Below are positions 29,705 to 40,296 of a stretch of DNA of 64,000 nt, piece after piece. Location: NCBI GenBank assembly GCA_902535255.1, contig CACASQ010000003.1:5102-69101 (forward strand), read 5' to 3'. The position numbers were made by a program, and so were the translations under genes. Position 1 is the stretch's first letter, and every line of letters begins with the position of its first letter. The stretch is from an uncultured Pelagibacteraceae bacterium (GTDB lineage: Bacteria; Pseudomonadota; Alphaproteobacteria; Pelagibacterales; Pelagibacteraceae). The notes beneath the pieces are model-generated. The model ran no database searches, had not been told where the DNA came from, and worked only from the letters and a program-made list of their open reading frames with translations.

Positions 29705-29731
29705 GCTAAAGTTAGTAAATTTCGCAATATT

Positions 29732-30133
29732 TTACTCATCTTTTCTAATAACTTTAGAAATTTTATCTAAAATAGCGTTTAAATAACCAATTTGAACTTT
29801 TTCTAAAAAGTATTCTGCAGTTAGAACATATTCACTAATTATTACATTCTTAGGATTATTGTGTTTAAATAAAAGTTCAAATACAGCTGCGAAAAGTACT
29901 ATTTTGAGCAATTTATCTGTTTTCTTTAAGTCTATATCATCCTTTAAATGTTCATTTATAAAAGTTTCAATCAATTCAGATCTTTCCATGGTTCCTTCTA
30001 CAACATCTTTGATAAATTTTTTGTACTGACTTTTTGGGTACTCAACTTGAGTATTTGGATTCATTAACAAGTTATAAATTTTTTGTACAATTTTTACTCT
30101 AGGTAATGAACTTTTGTTTGCTTTCTCTGGCAT
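29732..30133 (-). CDS. nusB: Transcription antitermination factor NusB
   Basis: PKNVIISEYV, GYLNAILD; follows ribH. Confidence 0.88.
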   Translation of the reverse strand: MPEKANKSSLPRVKIVQKIYNLLMNPNTQVEYPKSQYKKFIKDVVEGTMERSELIETFINEHLKDDIDLKKTDKLLKIVLFAAVFELLFKHNNPKNVIISEYVLTAEYFLEKVQIGYLNAILDKISKVIRKDE

Positions 30134-30556
30134 TTAATTCAATTTCAAAGGTTTACGACCGTTGAAAAAATTAACAATTGCTGCAGCAGCTTCTGCGCCC
30201 TTTTTCTTCCTTGCCTCAGCTTGTTTACCATTAAAACAAGTTATAATTCCATTCCCTATTGGTTTTTTATGCTTAATTGATAAGTTTATTATAGCATCAG
30301 TAACAGATTGAGAAATTAATTCAAAATTATTTGTTTCACCTTTAATAATACACCCGAGAGCAATAACTCCATCATATCCTTTTATATACTTTTCTATTAT
30401 AAAAGGAATTTCAAATGCACCAGATGCTTCCACAACATGTTTCTCAAAAGAACTGTTATTTGACAAATAATCAATTGTATGTCTTTCCAAACCGCTAGTT
30501 ATTAACTCGTTATACCTAGACACAACAATTAAAATTTTTTGACCTTTTTTTTTCAT
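30134..30556 (-). CDS. ribH: 6,7-dimethyl-8-ribityllumazine synthase
   Basis: SRYNELIT, SGAFEIP, ALGCIIKGET. Confidence 0.93.
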   Translation of the reverse strand: MKKKGQKILIVVSRYNELITSGLERHTIDYLSNNSSFEKHVVEASGAFEIPFIIEKYIKGYDGVIALGCIIKGETNNFELISQSVTDAIINLSIKHKKPIGNGIITCFNGKQAEARKKKGAEAAAAIVNFFNGRKPLKLN

Positions 30557-31602
30557 TTAATTATTTCTTGTTTCTTTATTTTTAAACCAAATCCTTCTAA
30601 ACCAATGATTTTTTTTCTTGTCCTGGTGACTAATATCATATTTTTAACTTTTAAATCTTTAATAATTTGCGCTCCTATACCGTAATATCTTAAAGTAAAG
30701 TTTTCCTTTTCATTTATTTCTTTAATTCTTTTATTAATTATAATTAAAGCAAAATTTTTATTCCTCATGAGATATTTGAGTGATTTCTTAACAAGAGAGT
30801 TTTTTAAGATCAACTTATAATTTTTAATGTTTGTTGAGATTACTCTTATACGAATTGATTTATTTCGATTAAACTTTCCTTTTTTGATCACATAATTACT
30901 TAAATTATTGAGTTTGTTTTCATATGTAATAAATTCACAATTTTTGATTTTAATTTTTTTATTATGAGATTTTGAAATTAATTTTTCATTTCTAAGCCTA
31001 TAAGCAATAAGATCCTCAATTGATGCAATTTTAATTTTATGTTTGATAGAAAATTTTTGAAGATCTTTTAGTCTTGCCATTCTTCCATCTTCATTCATAA
31101 CTTCACAAATAACAGCACTAGGATTTATTTTTGCAAGTTTAGAAATGTCCACCGACGCTTCTGTATGACCCGCTCTCTCTAAGACTCCTCCTTGCCTGGC
31201 AACCAAAGGAAATACATGACCCGGGGACACAATATCATTTTTTTTTGCTCTTTTGTTTATTGCTACACTTATAGTTTTAGCTCTATCATAAGCTGAAATT
31301 CCTGTAGAAATACCTTTTTTAGCCTCTATAGAAATAGTAAAAGCAGTTTGCATTCTTGATTTATTTGTTCGAGACATAAGAGGCAGTTTAAGTTTTTCAA
31401 TTTGTTGTTTTGTCAACGCTAAACATATTAAACCTCTACCATGTTTAGCCATAAAATTTATACTTTGCGAATTACACTTAGAACCCGGAATTATTAAATC
31501 ACCTTCATTTTCTCTATCTTTATCATCAACTAAAATAAACATTTTACCTTTTTTTGCATCATTTATAATCGACGAAATATTTGAAAATATATTATTCGAC
31601 AT
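30553..31602 (-). CDS. ribB: 3,4-dihydroxy-2-butanone-4-phosphate synthase with a degenerate GTP cyclohydrolase II-like C-terminal domain (RibBX-like)
   Basis: DDKDRENEGD, TGISAYDRA, PGHVFPL, RAGHTEA. C-terminus has RYYGIGAQII but no Cys triad. Confidence 0.9.
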   Translation of the reverse strand: MSNNIFSNISSIINDAKKGKMFILVDDKDRENEGDLIIPGSKCNSQSINFMAKHGRGLICLALTKQQIEKLKLPLMSRTNKSRMQTAFTISIEAKKGISTGISAYDRAKTISVAINKRAKKNDIVSPGHVFPLVARQGGVLERAGHTEASVDISKLAKINPSAVICEVMNEDGRMARLKDLQKFSIKHKIKIASIEDLIAYRLRNEKLISKSHNKKIKIKNCEFITYENKLNNLSNYVIKKGKFNRNKSIRIRVISTNIKNYKLILKNSLVKKSLKYLMRNKNFALIIINKRIKEINEKENFTLRYYGIGAQIIKDLKVKNMILVTRTRKKIIGLEGFGLKIKKQEIIK

Positions 31603-31603
31603 A

Positions 31604-32191
31604 TTATTTTGTATATTTGTAAATATATTTAGCGAAAATATCTAACTCAATATTTACCACATCATTAACTTTTAAATTTTTTAAATTAGTTAATTTTAAA
31701 GTATGGGGTATTATATTTAAAATAATATTTTTTTTTAAAACTTTAGATATTGTCAGAGAGACCCCATTAATTGAGATAGAAGCTTTTTCCTCTAAATATT
31801 TCAATAATTTATCATCTTTGATTTCAAGATTTAAAATCCATGAATTGTCTATTATGATAATCTTTTTTACTTTAGCAATCGTGTCAACATGTCCTTGCGT
31901 AAAATGACCTGAAATTTGTTGACCATACAATAATGATTTTTCTAAATTAACTTCATCTCCTAAATTAATTTTGCTAAAATTTGATCTCTTTATCGTTTCA
32001 ATTGAAATATAAAAATATATGATTTTTTTGAAAATTTTGAAAAGTGTAAGACAAACACCGTTACAGCATATAGAGGAGCCTAGGTCGTTTTTCTTAACTT
32101 TTAAATTTGACTCTATTCCAATTAAAATACTTTTTTTATTTTTCTTTATGCTTTTAATTATCCCTTTATTAAATATTATCCCATTAAACAT
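31604..32191 (-). CDS. ribE: Riboflavin synthase (alpha chain)
   Basis: MFNGII, SICCNGVCLT, VNLEKSL, GHFTQGHVD, SINGVSLT. Confidence 0.93.
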   Translation of the reverse strand: MFNGIIFNKGIIKSIKKNKKSILIGIESNLKVKKNDLGSSICCNGVCLTLFKIFKKIIYFYISIETIKRSNFSKINLGDEVNLEKSLLYGQQISGHFTQGHVDTIAKVKKIIIIDNSWILNLEIKDDKLLKYLEEKASISINGVSLTISKVLKKNIILNIIPHTLKLTNLKNLKVNDVVNIELDIFAKYIYKYTK

Positions 32192-33258
32192 TAGCTTACC
32201 CTTGATTTAAATAAACTATCGTTATTTAAGTTTACATTAACTTGTTTTAAATTTTTCAAACTCTTCAGAAAATTTATTTTTGTATTATTAAATCCGCTAG
32301 ATCCAAGTTTAACACTAGACTTAAATAGATATAAGTTGTTAATGAGTCCCATTTTAAATAATTCATTTAAAAAAATTAATCCTGTCTCAATTAAAATCCT
32401 TCTTTTTCCTAGTCGAAATAATTGTTTAAATAAATCTAAAAAATTTTTTCTTGTTGATAATGAATTAAATCTAATAACTTTGATATTTTTTTTTCTAAAA
32501 AAAGATATCTTTTTTAAATTATTAGATGTTGTAAACAGAAAAGTTTTTCTTTTTTTGGCTAATGTAAAGAGAGATAATCTTTTTTTAAGCTTTAATTTTC
32601 TATCTATTATTACAAGATCTGGTTTTAAATTGTTCAAACCTTTTATCCTACAATTTAATAAAGCATTATCTGAATTTATTGAGGTTGATGTGGAAATTAT
32701 ACAATCATATTTTGATCTTATTAAGTGACCTACATTTCTTGATCTAAGATTTGTTATCCATTTACCTTTTTTTTTGATTGTAAAAAAATCTTTTGAAAAC
32801 GCAATTTTAGCATCAACCAAAGGAAGTCTTTTTTTTTTATTTAAAAAATAACTTTTGTAAAAATCTTTATTTTTATAATCTATTTTTTTTACTCTTTTAA
32901 TTTTTTTATTTAAAACTTTTTTTGCTTTTTGATAAGTACGAGGGTCTGGATCATCAAAACTGTAATAGACAGTTTTAATACGTTTTTTCTTAATAAGATT
33001 TGTACAAGGAGGTGTTTGACCGTAATGAGTGCATGGTTCTAATGTAAGATACATAACTGCATCTTTAAAGTTAAGATTTTTATCGAGCGCATTATATTCA
33101 GCGTGTGGTCTACCGTTAACTGAGGTCACACCAGAGCTAATAACAGTATTGTTTTTTACAACAACACACCCTACTGATGGGTTTTCTTTTGTTTTGCCTA
33201 AGTTATTTGCAGCTAAATTAAATGCTAAATTCGAAAAAAAATTATGATTTTGCTTCAT
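32191..33258 (-). CDS. ribD: Bifunctional pyrimidine deaminase/reductase RibD
   Basis: [24 protein letters not shown]. Confidence 0.93.
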   Translation of the reverse strand: MKQNHNFFSNLAFNLAANNLGKTKENPSVGCVVVKNNTVISSGVTSVNGRPHAEYNALDKNLNFKDAVMYLTLEPCTHYGQTPPCTNLIKKKRIKTVYYSFDDPDPRTYQKAKKVLNKKIKRVKKIDYKNKDFYKSYFLNKKKRLPLVDAKIAFSKDFFTIKKKGKWITNLRSRNVGHLIRSKYDCIISTSTSINSDNALLNCRIKGLNNLKPDLVIIDRKLKLKKRLSLFTLAKKRKTFLFTTSNNLKKISFFRKKNIKVIRFNSLSTRKNFLDLFKQLFRLGKRRILIETGLIFLNELFKMGLINNLYLFKSSVKLGSSGFNNTKINFLKSLKNLKQVNVNLNNDSLFKSRVS

Positions 33259-33703
33259 CGATATTGCCTACGAATTCCTCAAAATCTTTTGCTTCTTTGA
33301 AATTTTTATACACAGAGGCAAAACGTACATAAGCAACTTTATCTAATGATGAAAGACCCTCCATAATAAACTTACCTATGGTTGGTGTTGGAATTTCACT
33401 CTCGCCTAGTCCTTCCAAATTTCTAACAATTTTTGAAATAAATTTTTCTATAGTTTCTGAATCGATTGGTCTTTTTCTAGTAGCAATTCTTATTGATTTT
33501 GAAATTTTATCTCTATCAAAAGGCTCTCGTTTACCGTTTCCCTTTATAACGGTTAGTTCTTGGAATTGAACCCTTTCAAAAGTTGTAAATCTTTCTTTCC
33601 TCTCGCAACCACATAATCTTCTTCTTCTGATTGCGGTACCGTCCTCGGTTGGACGAGAGTCTACAACTGATGTGTCTTTTTCTCTACAAAATGGACAAAG
33701 CAT
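33242..33703 (-). CDS. nrdR: Transcriptional repressor NrdR
   Basis: CPFC..VVDSR..IRRRR..RFTTFE, ATP cone, AYVRFASVY. Confidence 0.95.
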   Translation of the reverse strand: MLCPFCREKDTSVVDSRPTEDGTAIRRRRLCGCERKERFTTFERVQFQELTVIKGNGKREPFDRDKISKSIRIATRKRPIDSETIEKFISKIVRNLEGLGESEIPTPTIGKFIMEGLSSLDKVAYVRFASVYKNFKEAKDFEEFVGNIDEAKS

Positions 33704-33708
33704 AAATA

Positions 33709-35010
33709 TTAACTACTATATATAGGAAAAGACGAGCAAAGTTCAATTATTTCTTTTTGAACTTCCTTTTCTATTTTTGAGTTATCTTCTTTATTTTTGC
33801 TTAAGCCATCTACTACTTTAAAAATTAATTCTGCAATTAGTTCAAATTCTTGGGAACCAAATCCTCTAGTGGTACAAGCTGGAGTACCAAGTCTTATTCC
33901 AGAAGTAATCATTGGGCTTTCACTATCAAATGGAATTCCATTTTTATTACAAGTTATGTTAGCTCTGCCTAAAGATGCTTGGGCATCTTTTCCAGTTACA
34001 CCAAAAGATCTTAAATCTATTAACATTAAGTGAGTATCAGTACCTCCAGAAAAAATTTTAAAACCTTTTTCTGTTAGTTTTTTTGAGAGAACTTTGGCAT
34101 TGTCAATAACATTTTTTGTATAATCTTTAAAATCATCTGATAAAGCTTCTTTAAAACAAACTGCTTTCGCTGCTATTACATGCATTAAAGGTCCACCTTG
34201 CAATCCAGGAAATATTGCACTATTGAATTTTTTAATTAAATCTTCTCTATTGGTAAGAATAATTCCACCTCTTGGTCCTCTTAAAACTTTATGAGTAGTA
34301 GATGTAACTACATCAGCATACTTTGTGGGATTTGGATAAGCGCCTCCAGCAACAAGACCAGAAAAATGAGCCATATCAACTAGGAAATAAGCTCCAACTT
34401 TATCGCAAATCTCTCTAAATTTTTTGAAATCGATTATTCTTGAATAGGCACTTCCTCCAGCAATTATAAGTTTGGGTTTATTTTCTTGTGCAATTTTTTC
34501 AATACTCTCATAGTCAATTAATCCTGTATCTTTATCAACTTCATAATGAAGAGCATTAAACCATTTTCCTGACTGAGCTGGTTTTGCACCATGTGTAAGA
34601 TGTCCGCCGGAATTTAAACTCATTGCAAGTGTTGTGTCACCTGGTTTTAATAAAGCTAAATAAACAGCTCCATTCGCTTGGGCGCCAGAATGAGGTTGCA
34701 CATTAGCAAATTTACAATCAAATAATTTTTTAGCTCTTTCAATTGCTAAATTTTCTGATACATCAACATGTTCACAGCCGCCGTAATATCTTTTTCCTGG
34801 ATAGCCCTCAGCATATTTATTCGTAAGAACTGATCCTTGAGCTTCAAGTACAGCTTTCGAAACAATATTCTCAGAGGCAATTAATTCGATATGATTTTGT
34901 TGTCTAGAAAATTCTTGCTCTATTGATTTGTATAATTCTTTATCAGCTTCTTTTAAATTTAATTTAAAGAAACTATTTAAATATTTATTTAATTTAAAAG
35001 CAATTGACAT
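33709..35010 (-). CDS. glyA: Serine hydroxymethyltransferase
   Basis: [42 protein letters not shown]. Confidence 0.97.
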   Translation of the reverse strand: MSIAFKLNKYLNSFFKLNLKEADKELYKSIEQEFSRQQNHIELIASENIVSKAVLEAQGSVLTNKYAEGYPGKRYYGGCEHVDVSENLAIERAKKLFDCKFANVQPHSGAQANGAVYLALLKPGDTTLAMSLNSGGHLTHGAKPAQSGKWFNALHYEVDKDTGLIDYESIEKIAQENKPKLIIAGGSAYSRIIDFKKFREICDKVGAYFLVDMAHFSGLVAGGAYPNPTKYADVVTSTTHKVLRGPRGGIILTNREDLIKKFNSAIFPGLQGGPLMHVIAAKAVCFKEALSDDFKDYTKNVIDNAKVLSKKLTEKGFKIFSGGTDTHLMLIDLRSFGVTGKDAQASLGRANITCNKNGIPFDSESPMITSGIRLGTPACTTRGFGSQEFELIAELIFKVVDGLSKNKEDNSKIEKEVQKEIIELCSSFPIYSS

Positions 35011-35012
35011 AT

Positions 35013-35465
35013 CTAAATTTTTTTAACCCTTCTTAAATGCCTTCCTCCTTCAAATTTAGTTTTTAAAAAAACCTCAACTAATTTTAAAGATAATTTTTTT
35101 TTTGTTAATCTTGATCCTAATGCAATTATATTAGCATTATTATGTTGTCTAGACAATCTTGTAGATCTTAAATTATAGCAAACTGCAGCTCTAATTTTTT
35201 TGATTTTATTAGCAGAAATTGCCATGCCTGTGCCTGATCCACAAACAAGTATGCCCATATCGCTTTTTTTTAATTTGATTCTATTCCCTAGTTTCTTTGC
35301 ATAATCTGGATAATCAACAGATTTTTCGCTAAAAGGGCCTAAATCAAATATTGAAACACTTTTATCAACTAAATGGTTTTTTATATCTTCCTTTAAATTG
35401 AAACCTGCATGATCTGAGGCAATACATACAGTTTTAAATATTTTATTTAGTTTTATATTGCTCAT
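35013..35465 (-). CDS. rpiB: Ribose 5-phosphate isomerase B
   Basis: ASDHAG, DYPD, CGSGTG, HNNAN, FEGGRH. Confidence 0.95.
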   Translation of the reverse strand: MSNIKLNKIFKTVCIASDHAGFNLKEDIKNHLVDKSVSIFDLGPFSEKSVDYPDYAKKLGNRIKLKKSDMGILVCGSGTGMAISANKIKKIRAAVCYNLRSTRLSRQHNNANIIALGSRLTKKKLSLKLVEVFLKTKFEGGRHLRRVKKI

Positions 35466-35542
35466 ATAATCTAATTAAATTACACTATTTATAATTATAA
35501 TAATATATTTGTCGCATTACATTAAATTATTCGGGATTTTTC

Positions 35543-36532
35543 ATGAAAATTGTAGGCTCCTACCCTAAAACAAGGCTAAGAAGATTAAGAAAATCGAAGT
35601 GGAAGAGAGATCTTATTGCGGAATATAACATATCACGCAACGATTTAATTTTACCAATTTTTATTAGAGAGGGAAAAAATAAAATCGAATCTATAAAAAC
35701 TATGCCGGGTGTTTATAGATATACAGTCGATAAATTAAACATAGTTCTAAAACAAGTAAAAAAATACAATATCCCTTTAGTTGCAATTTTTCCCTATACT
35801 CCAAAAAACAAAAAAAATAATTTAGGTACAGAAGCTTTAAATCCAAATAATCTTGTTTGTAAAAGTATAAGATATATTAAAAAAAAATTTCCAAAAATAG
35901 GAGTTATGTGTGACGTTGCACTTGATCCATATACGTCACATGGACATGACGGTATTATCATTAATAATAAAATTGATAATGATGAAACAAATAAAATTTT
36001 AATAAAACAAGCTTTACTTCAAGCAAAAATGGGCTGTGATATAATCGCTCCTTCAGATATGATGGATGGAAGGATCGGATTAATTAGAAAAGCTTTAGAT
36101 AAAAAAAAATATTATGACGTTAGTATTTTATCTTATGCTGTTAAATATGCATCATCTTTTTATGGCCCCTTTAGAGAAGCTGTTGGAAGTAAATCACAAT
36201 TAAAAAAAGATAAAAAAACGTATCAAATGGATTTTAGAAATTCTAATGAAGCCTTTAGAGAAGTTGGTTTTGATATTAAAGAAGGGGCAGATATGGTTAT
36301 GGTTAAACCTGGTATGATTTATTTAGATATTATTAAAAAGATAAAAGATAATTTTAAAATTCCAGTTTTAGCTTATCAAGTTTCTGGCGAGTATAGCTCA
36401 ATAAAATATGCAATTGAAAATAAAGTTTTAGATGAAAATTCAATATTGGAAAGCATCGTTGCTTTTAAAAGAGCTGGGGCTTGCGCTATCATTACTTATT
36501 TTGCTTTAGATATAGCAAAAAAAATTAAATAA
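35543..36532 (+). CDS. hemB: Porphobilinogen synthase (non-Zn, Asp-rich type)
   Basis: DVALDPYTSHGHDG, APSDMMDGR, FYGPFR, MVKPG, YQVSGEY. Confidence 0.96.
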   Translation: MKIVGSYPKTRLRRLRKSKWKRDLIAEYNISRNDLILPIFIREGKNKIESIKTMPGVYRYTVDKLNIVLKQVKKYNIPLVAIFPYTPKNKKNNLGTEALNPNNLVCKSIRYIKKKFPKIGVMCDVALDPYTSHGHDGIIINNKIDNDETNKILIKQALLQAKMGCDIIAPSDMMDGRIGLIRKALDKKKYYDVSILSYAVKYASSFYGPFREAVGSKSQLKKDKKTYQMDFRNSNEAFREVGFDIKEGADMVMVKPGMIYLDIIKKIKDNFKIPVLAYQVSGEYSSIKYAIENKVLDENSILESIVAFKRAGACAIITYFALDIAKKIK

Positions 36533-36533
36533 T

Positions 36534-37211
36534 CTAGTTAAAATAATTTTCAAATATTATTCTTCCTCTAGGAAAAATTAAATTATTTGGAATAAAAAAT
36601 CTATTTTGAATTACATTTCTAGTAAAATAGAGAGATTTTTTTATCAAATTATTTGATATATTTTCTGGTATTTTTTTCGAAATTAAATATTCAGGTACCT
36701 CATAAGTATATGTGTCAATTTTTATTTTTCTAAATTCAATTTCAGAGTTCTCATCATTAAAATAATTTAAATTTGTGTCATATCCTAAAAATTTAATTAG
36801 ATTCAGTTCAAAAAAAATATAAAGGATGATCCAGTTTTTTAAACTTATGGATTTTATGAATTCTTCAAATGCTTGATAAATATTTTTATTAGGTTGAGCT
36901 TCCGGAAGCAATATATTAAGCATAGAACATAACGAAATAAGTGCAGAAGTTCTCTCTTTATCATTGAAAAATAAGGGAGTGATAGGTTTTATCAACTCAG
37001 TTTTAAAATATCCTAATTTATTTTCATTTTTAGAATTGTAAATAATATGAAGTTTATTAGAAATTTGAAGATAGTTTCTTATTTTTCTGGAATTCCCTCC
37101 GTAAACTAATCCAGAAACTTTACCTTTAAATTTTGAAAATACATTTATTATGTTAGTATTTTCACTAAATTTTCTTTTAGACAATAAGTAACACTCATCT
37201 TCCCAATTCAT
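36534..37211 (-). CDS. recO: DNA repair protein RecO
   Basis: MNWEDECYLL..RKFSE N-terminal OB fold, FELNL...LGY; position after rnc. Confidence 0.85.
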   Translation of the reverse strand: MNWEDECYLLSKRKFSENTNIINVFSKFKGKVSGLVYGGNSRKIRNYLQISNKLHIIYNSKNENKLGYFKTELIKPITPLFFNDKERTSALISLCSMLNILLPEAQPNKNIYQAFEEFIKSISLKNWIILYIFFELNLIKFLGYDTNLNYFNDENSEIEFRKIKIDTYTYEVPEYLISKKIPENISNNLIKKSLYFTRNVIQNRFFIPNNLIFPRGRIIFENYFN

Positions 37212-37873
37212 ATATTTAAAATTTTTATTAACTTCGCAGCTGCATTTTGTTGTGCATTTTTTTTTGATGACCCAATACCAATTATTTTTTTTGATTCTGG
37301 AATCTCAACTTCTGTTTTAAATAAAGGTTTGTGTTGGGGACCAGATTTTTTAAAAAAAGTGTATTTTGGAAGTTTTTTAAATCTTTTTAAGCTATATTCT
37401 TGTAATTTAGTTTTTGAGTCTATTAAAGTAACTACGGACCTACTAATATAAGCTTGCCAAAATTTTAAAATAAATTTTTCAGATGATCTTAACCCGCCAT
37501 CTAAATGTATAGCTCCAACTAAAGCCTCTAAACTATCACTGACAATTTTATCATTAGATCTTTCTAGATTTTTATTTGAGAAACCTAAATAAAGATATTT
37601 TCTTAAGTTTAATTTTTTTGCAATATTAACACAAGTTTTTTTGTTAACTAAATTGGCAAATTTTTTATCTATGATACCCTCTTTTTCATTAGGGTATATA
37701 TCTAAAAGTTTTTTTGAAATAACTAATCCTAAAACTCTATCCCCTAAGAATTCTAATTTTTCATTATTCTTATCATTATTATAACTTTTATGTGTTAAAG
37801 CCCTATTTAATAAACCTTTATCTTTGAAACTGTATTCAAGTATTTCTTCAAATTCTTTTAATGATTTGTTCAT
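37208..37873 (-). CDS. rnc: Ribonuclease III
   Basis: ALTHKS, NEKLEFLGD, EALVGA, DSKTKLQE dsRBD. Confidence 0.96.
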   Translation of the reverse strand: MNKSLKEFEEILEYSFKDKGLLNRALTHKSYNNDKNNEKLEFLGDRVLGLVISKKLLDIYPNEKEGIIDKKFANLVNKKTCVNIAKKLNLRKYLYLGFSNKNLERSNDKIVSDSLEALVGAIHLDGGLRSSEKFILKFWQAYISRSVVTLIDSKTKLQEYSLKRFKKLPKYTFFKKSGPQHKPLFKTEVEIPESKKIIGIGSSKKNAQQNAAAKLIKILNI

Positions 37874-38613
37874 TATAAACCTTGAAAAGTCCTTTCGATT
37901 CTAAATGAATTTTTTAGATTCCAAAATTTTAATAATCTACCTTTATTTGTGTCATTAGAGAAAAAAATAACTTTTGCTTCTCCAACTAAATTAAGTTTAT
38001 TTACATATCCTACGGTTCCTAAAAATCTACTATCCTTTGAACAATCTCTGTTATCTCCCATTAAAAAATAATGACCGCTTGGAACTTTATATTTTGGAGT
38101 ATTTTGAAGAGTTCCTACCGTGTTATAAGATGCTAAATACTGAATTCCATTAGGCAATGTTTCTAAAAAAGTTTCGGTTTTAAGCAAAAAACTTCCGCAT
38201 CTTATGGATTCGGAATTTTTCACTTTTTGCCTAATAATCTTTTTTTTATTAATAAATAATTCTCCATTAATAAATTGAATTTCGTCACCCGGTAGTCCGA
38301 TTAATCTCTTGATGTAGTCTGTTCTATTGTCAGCTGGTGTTTTGAAAACAACCAAGTCTCCTTGTTTAGGTTCTTTGAAAAAAAAACGATCGTTAGAAAG
38401 ATTTGGGCTAAATGGAAATGAATGTTTACTATATCCATATGAATATTTTGAAACAAATATCCTATCTCCTACTAATAAAGTTGGTTCCATTGAAGATGAT
38501 GGAATGTAGAAAGGCTGAATAATTAATGATCTTATTAAAATTGCTATTATTAAAGCAATTGTCAGAGTTTTTAAATTATCAAAAAAAATAGATATATATT
38601 TATTTTTCTTCAT
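37873..38613 (-). CDS. lepB: Signal peptidase I
   Basis: IPSSSMEPTL, YIKRLIGLPGD, MGDNRDCSKDSR. Confidence 0.96.
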   Translation of the reverse strand: MKKNKYISIFFDNLKTLTIALIIAILIRSLIIQPFYIPSSSMEPTLLVGDRIFVSKYSYGYSKHSFPFSPNLSNDRFFFKEPKQGDLVVFKTPADNRTDYIKRLIGLPGDEIQFINGELFINKKKIIRQKVKNSESIRCGSFLLKTETFLETLPNGIQYLASYNTVGTLQNTPKYKVPSGHYFLMGDNRDCSKDSRFLGTVGYVNKLNLVGEAKVIFFSNDTNKGRLLKFWNLKNSFRIERTFQGL

Positions 38614-38993
38614 ATTGAAATGGTTACAAAAGCAACTGCATAATTCTCCTCATCAGATAATGATAATGAAATTTTATATTTTTTCTTTTTTAATCTTTTT
38701 TCAACAATTTTTTTGGTCATATTAATCAATTTAATAAAGGGTTTACCGCGTTTATCGTTTTGAACAACTATTTGATTAAAATTTATACCTTTGGAAACTC
38801 CTGTACCTAACGCTTTTGAAAACGCTTCTTTTGCAGCAAATCTTTTGGCATAACAATTATAATTATTTTTTGTTTTTTGACATTTAACAATTTCTTTTTT
38901 GTTAAATAATCTAGATTTAATAGATTTTTTTTTTAAAGAATTTTTAATTCTACTTACTCGTATGATATCTGTTCCAATTCCGTATATTTTCAT
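38610..38993 (-). CDS. acpS: Holo-ACP synthase
   Basis: GIGTDI, KRFAAKEAFSKALGTG, GKP. Confidence 0.95.
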   Translation of the reverse strand: MKIYGIGTDIIRVSRIKNSLKKKSIKSRLFNKKEIVKCQKTKNNYNCYAKRFAAKEAFSKALGTGVSKGINFNQIVVQNDKRGKPFIKLINMTKKIVEKRLKKKKYKISLSLSDEENYAVAFVTISI

Positions 38994-39715
38994 CTTTTAA
39001 TTATCTTTTTAAAATTTTCAATAGATTTGCCTAGACCAATATAGATTGACTCGCCAATCAGAAAATGACCAATATTAAATTCTTTAATACCTTTTATCTT
39101 TGATAAAATTTTTGCAGATTTGTAAGTAAGGCCATGTCCAGCATGAATTTCTAGACCAAGTAAATTTCCCAAATTTACAGCTTTTCTGATTCTATTTAGC
39201 TCATCTTTATAACTTTTTCTCTCGTTTATTAATCTGCATAATTTTCCTGTGTGAATTTCAACACAATCTGCGTTTAAAAGTTTAGAGTCTTTAATATCTT
39301 TTAAACTTGGTTCTATGAATAGACTTACTCTAGATTTATTTTTTTTTAATTTATTAATAATCTTTTTTAAAAGTTTTCTTTTATAATTTAATTTAAGACC
39401 ACCTTCTGTTGTAATTTCTTGTCGTTTTTCAGGAACTATACATATAAAAGATGGTTTATTATTCATTGCTATTCGTAACATTTCTTCGGTAGCAGCAATT
39501 TCAAGATTTAAAGGAATTTTTAATTTTGATTTAATTTTTTTTAAGTCATTCTCGTTTATATGTCTTCTATCCTCTCTTAAATGTATTGTTATTGAATCAG
39601 CACCTTTTTTTTCTGCTAATATTGCGGCTCTGAGTGGGCTTGGGTAAGACTCACCTCTCGCATTTCTCACAGTTGCAACATGGTCTATATTAACACCAAG
39701 TCTAATTTTACTCAT
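38990..39715 (-). CDS. pdxJ: Pyridoxine 5'-phosphate synthase
   Basis: LGVNIDHVAT, HLREDRRHI, TTEGGL, HAGHGL, NIGH. Confidence 0.96.
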   Translation of the reverse strand: MSKIRLGVNIDHVATVRNARGESYPSPLRAAILAEKKGADSITIHLREDRRHINENDLKKIKSKLKIPLNLEIAATEEMLRIAMNNKPSFICIVPEKRQEITTEGGLKLNYKRKLLKKIINKLKKNKSRVSLFIEPSLKDIKDSKLLNADCVEIHTGKLCRLINERKSYKDELNRIRKAVNLGNLLGLEIHAGHGLTYKSAKILSKIKGIKEFNIGHFLIGESIYIGLGKSIENFKKIIKR

Positions 39716-40296
39716 TAAAGATTTCTGCTTCCTGGTTTTATCGCTTTTATTGAAGAAAGATCTTTTGGTAAATCTTCCTCTTTATAAGTAGGTATATTTA
39801 ATTTTACCTGTGATATTATTTTTTGTTTGATAAGTGTTTGCTGATTAGATCTATCAATTATACAAGCATAACCAATTATTATTCCACCTAGTTTATCTAC
39901 TATCTTTGAGCATTCTAAACTGGATTTTCCTGTTGTTATTACATCTTCAACTATAAGTACTTTTTGATTTTTTTTTATTGTAAAGTCTCTCCTGAGTTTA
40001 AATTCACCATTAACTCTCTCTGAAAAGATAGTATCCTTTTTTAATAATTTGCCTATTTCGTAACCGATTATCACACCTCCCATAGCTGGAGACAATATTA
40101 GATCAATTTCCTTAAACTCTTGATTTATTTTTTCTGATAGAGCTACACAAATTTTGTGTGCCTTGTCTGGTTTACTTAATAATTGAGCACACTGAACATA
40201 TTGAGGACTATGCAGTCCAGATGATAAAATAAAATGTCCCTCTAAAAGTGCGTTAGTCTCTTTTAAAATTTTCAAAGATTCTTCTAATGAAAGCAT
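39715..40296 (-). CDS. pyrE: Orotate phosphoribosyltransferase
   Basis: LEGHFILSSG, VLIVEDVITTGKS, KPGSR. Confidence 0.94.
   Translation of the reverse strand: MLSLEESLKILKETNALLEGHFILSSGLHSPQYVQCAQLLSKPDKAHKICVALSEKINQEFKEIDLILSPAMGGVIIGYEIGKLLKKDTIFSERVNGEFKLRRDFTIKKNQKVLIVEDVITTGKSSLECSKIVDKLGGIIIGYACIIDRSNQQTLIKQKIISQVKLNIPTYKEEDLPKDLSSIKAIKPGSRNL

Noticed and set aside
32191-35542. FMN or glycine riboswitch ahead of the rib genes or glyA
   Set aside because: No intergenic space and no aptamer motifs
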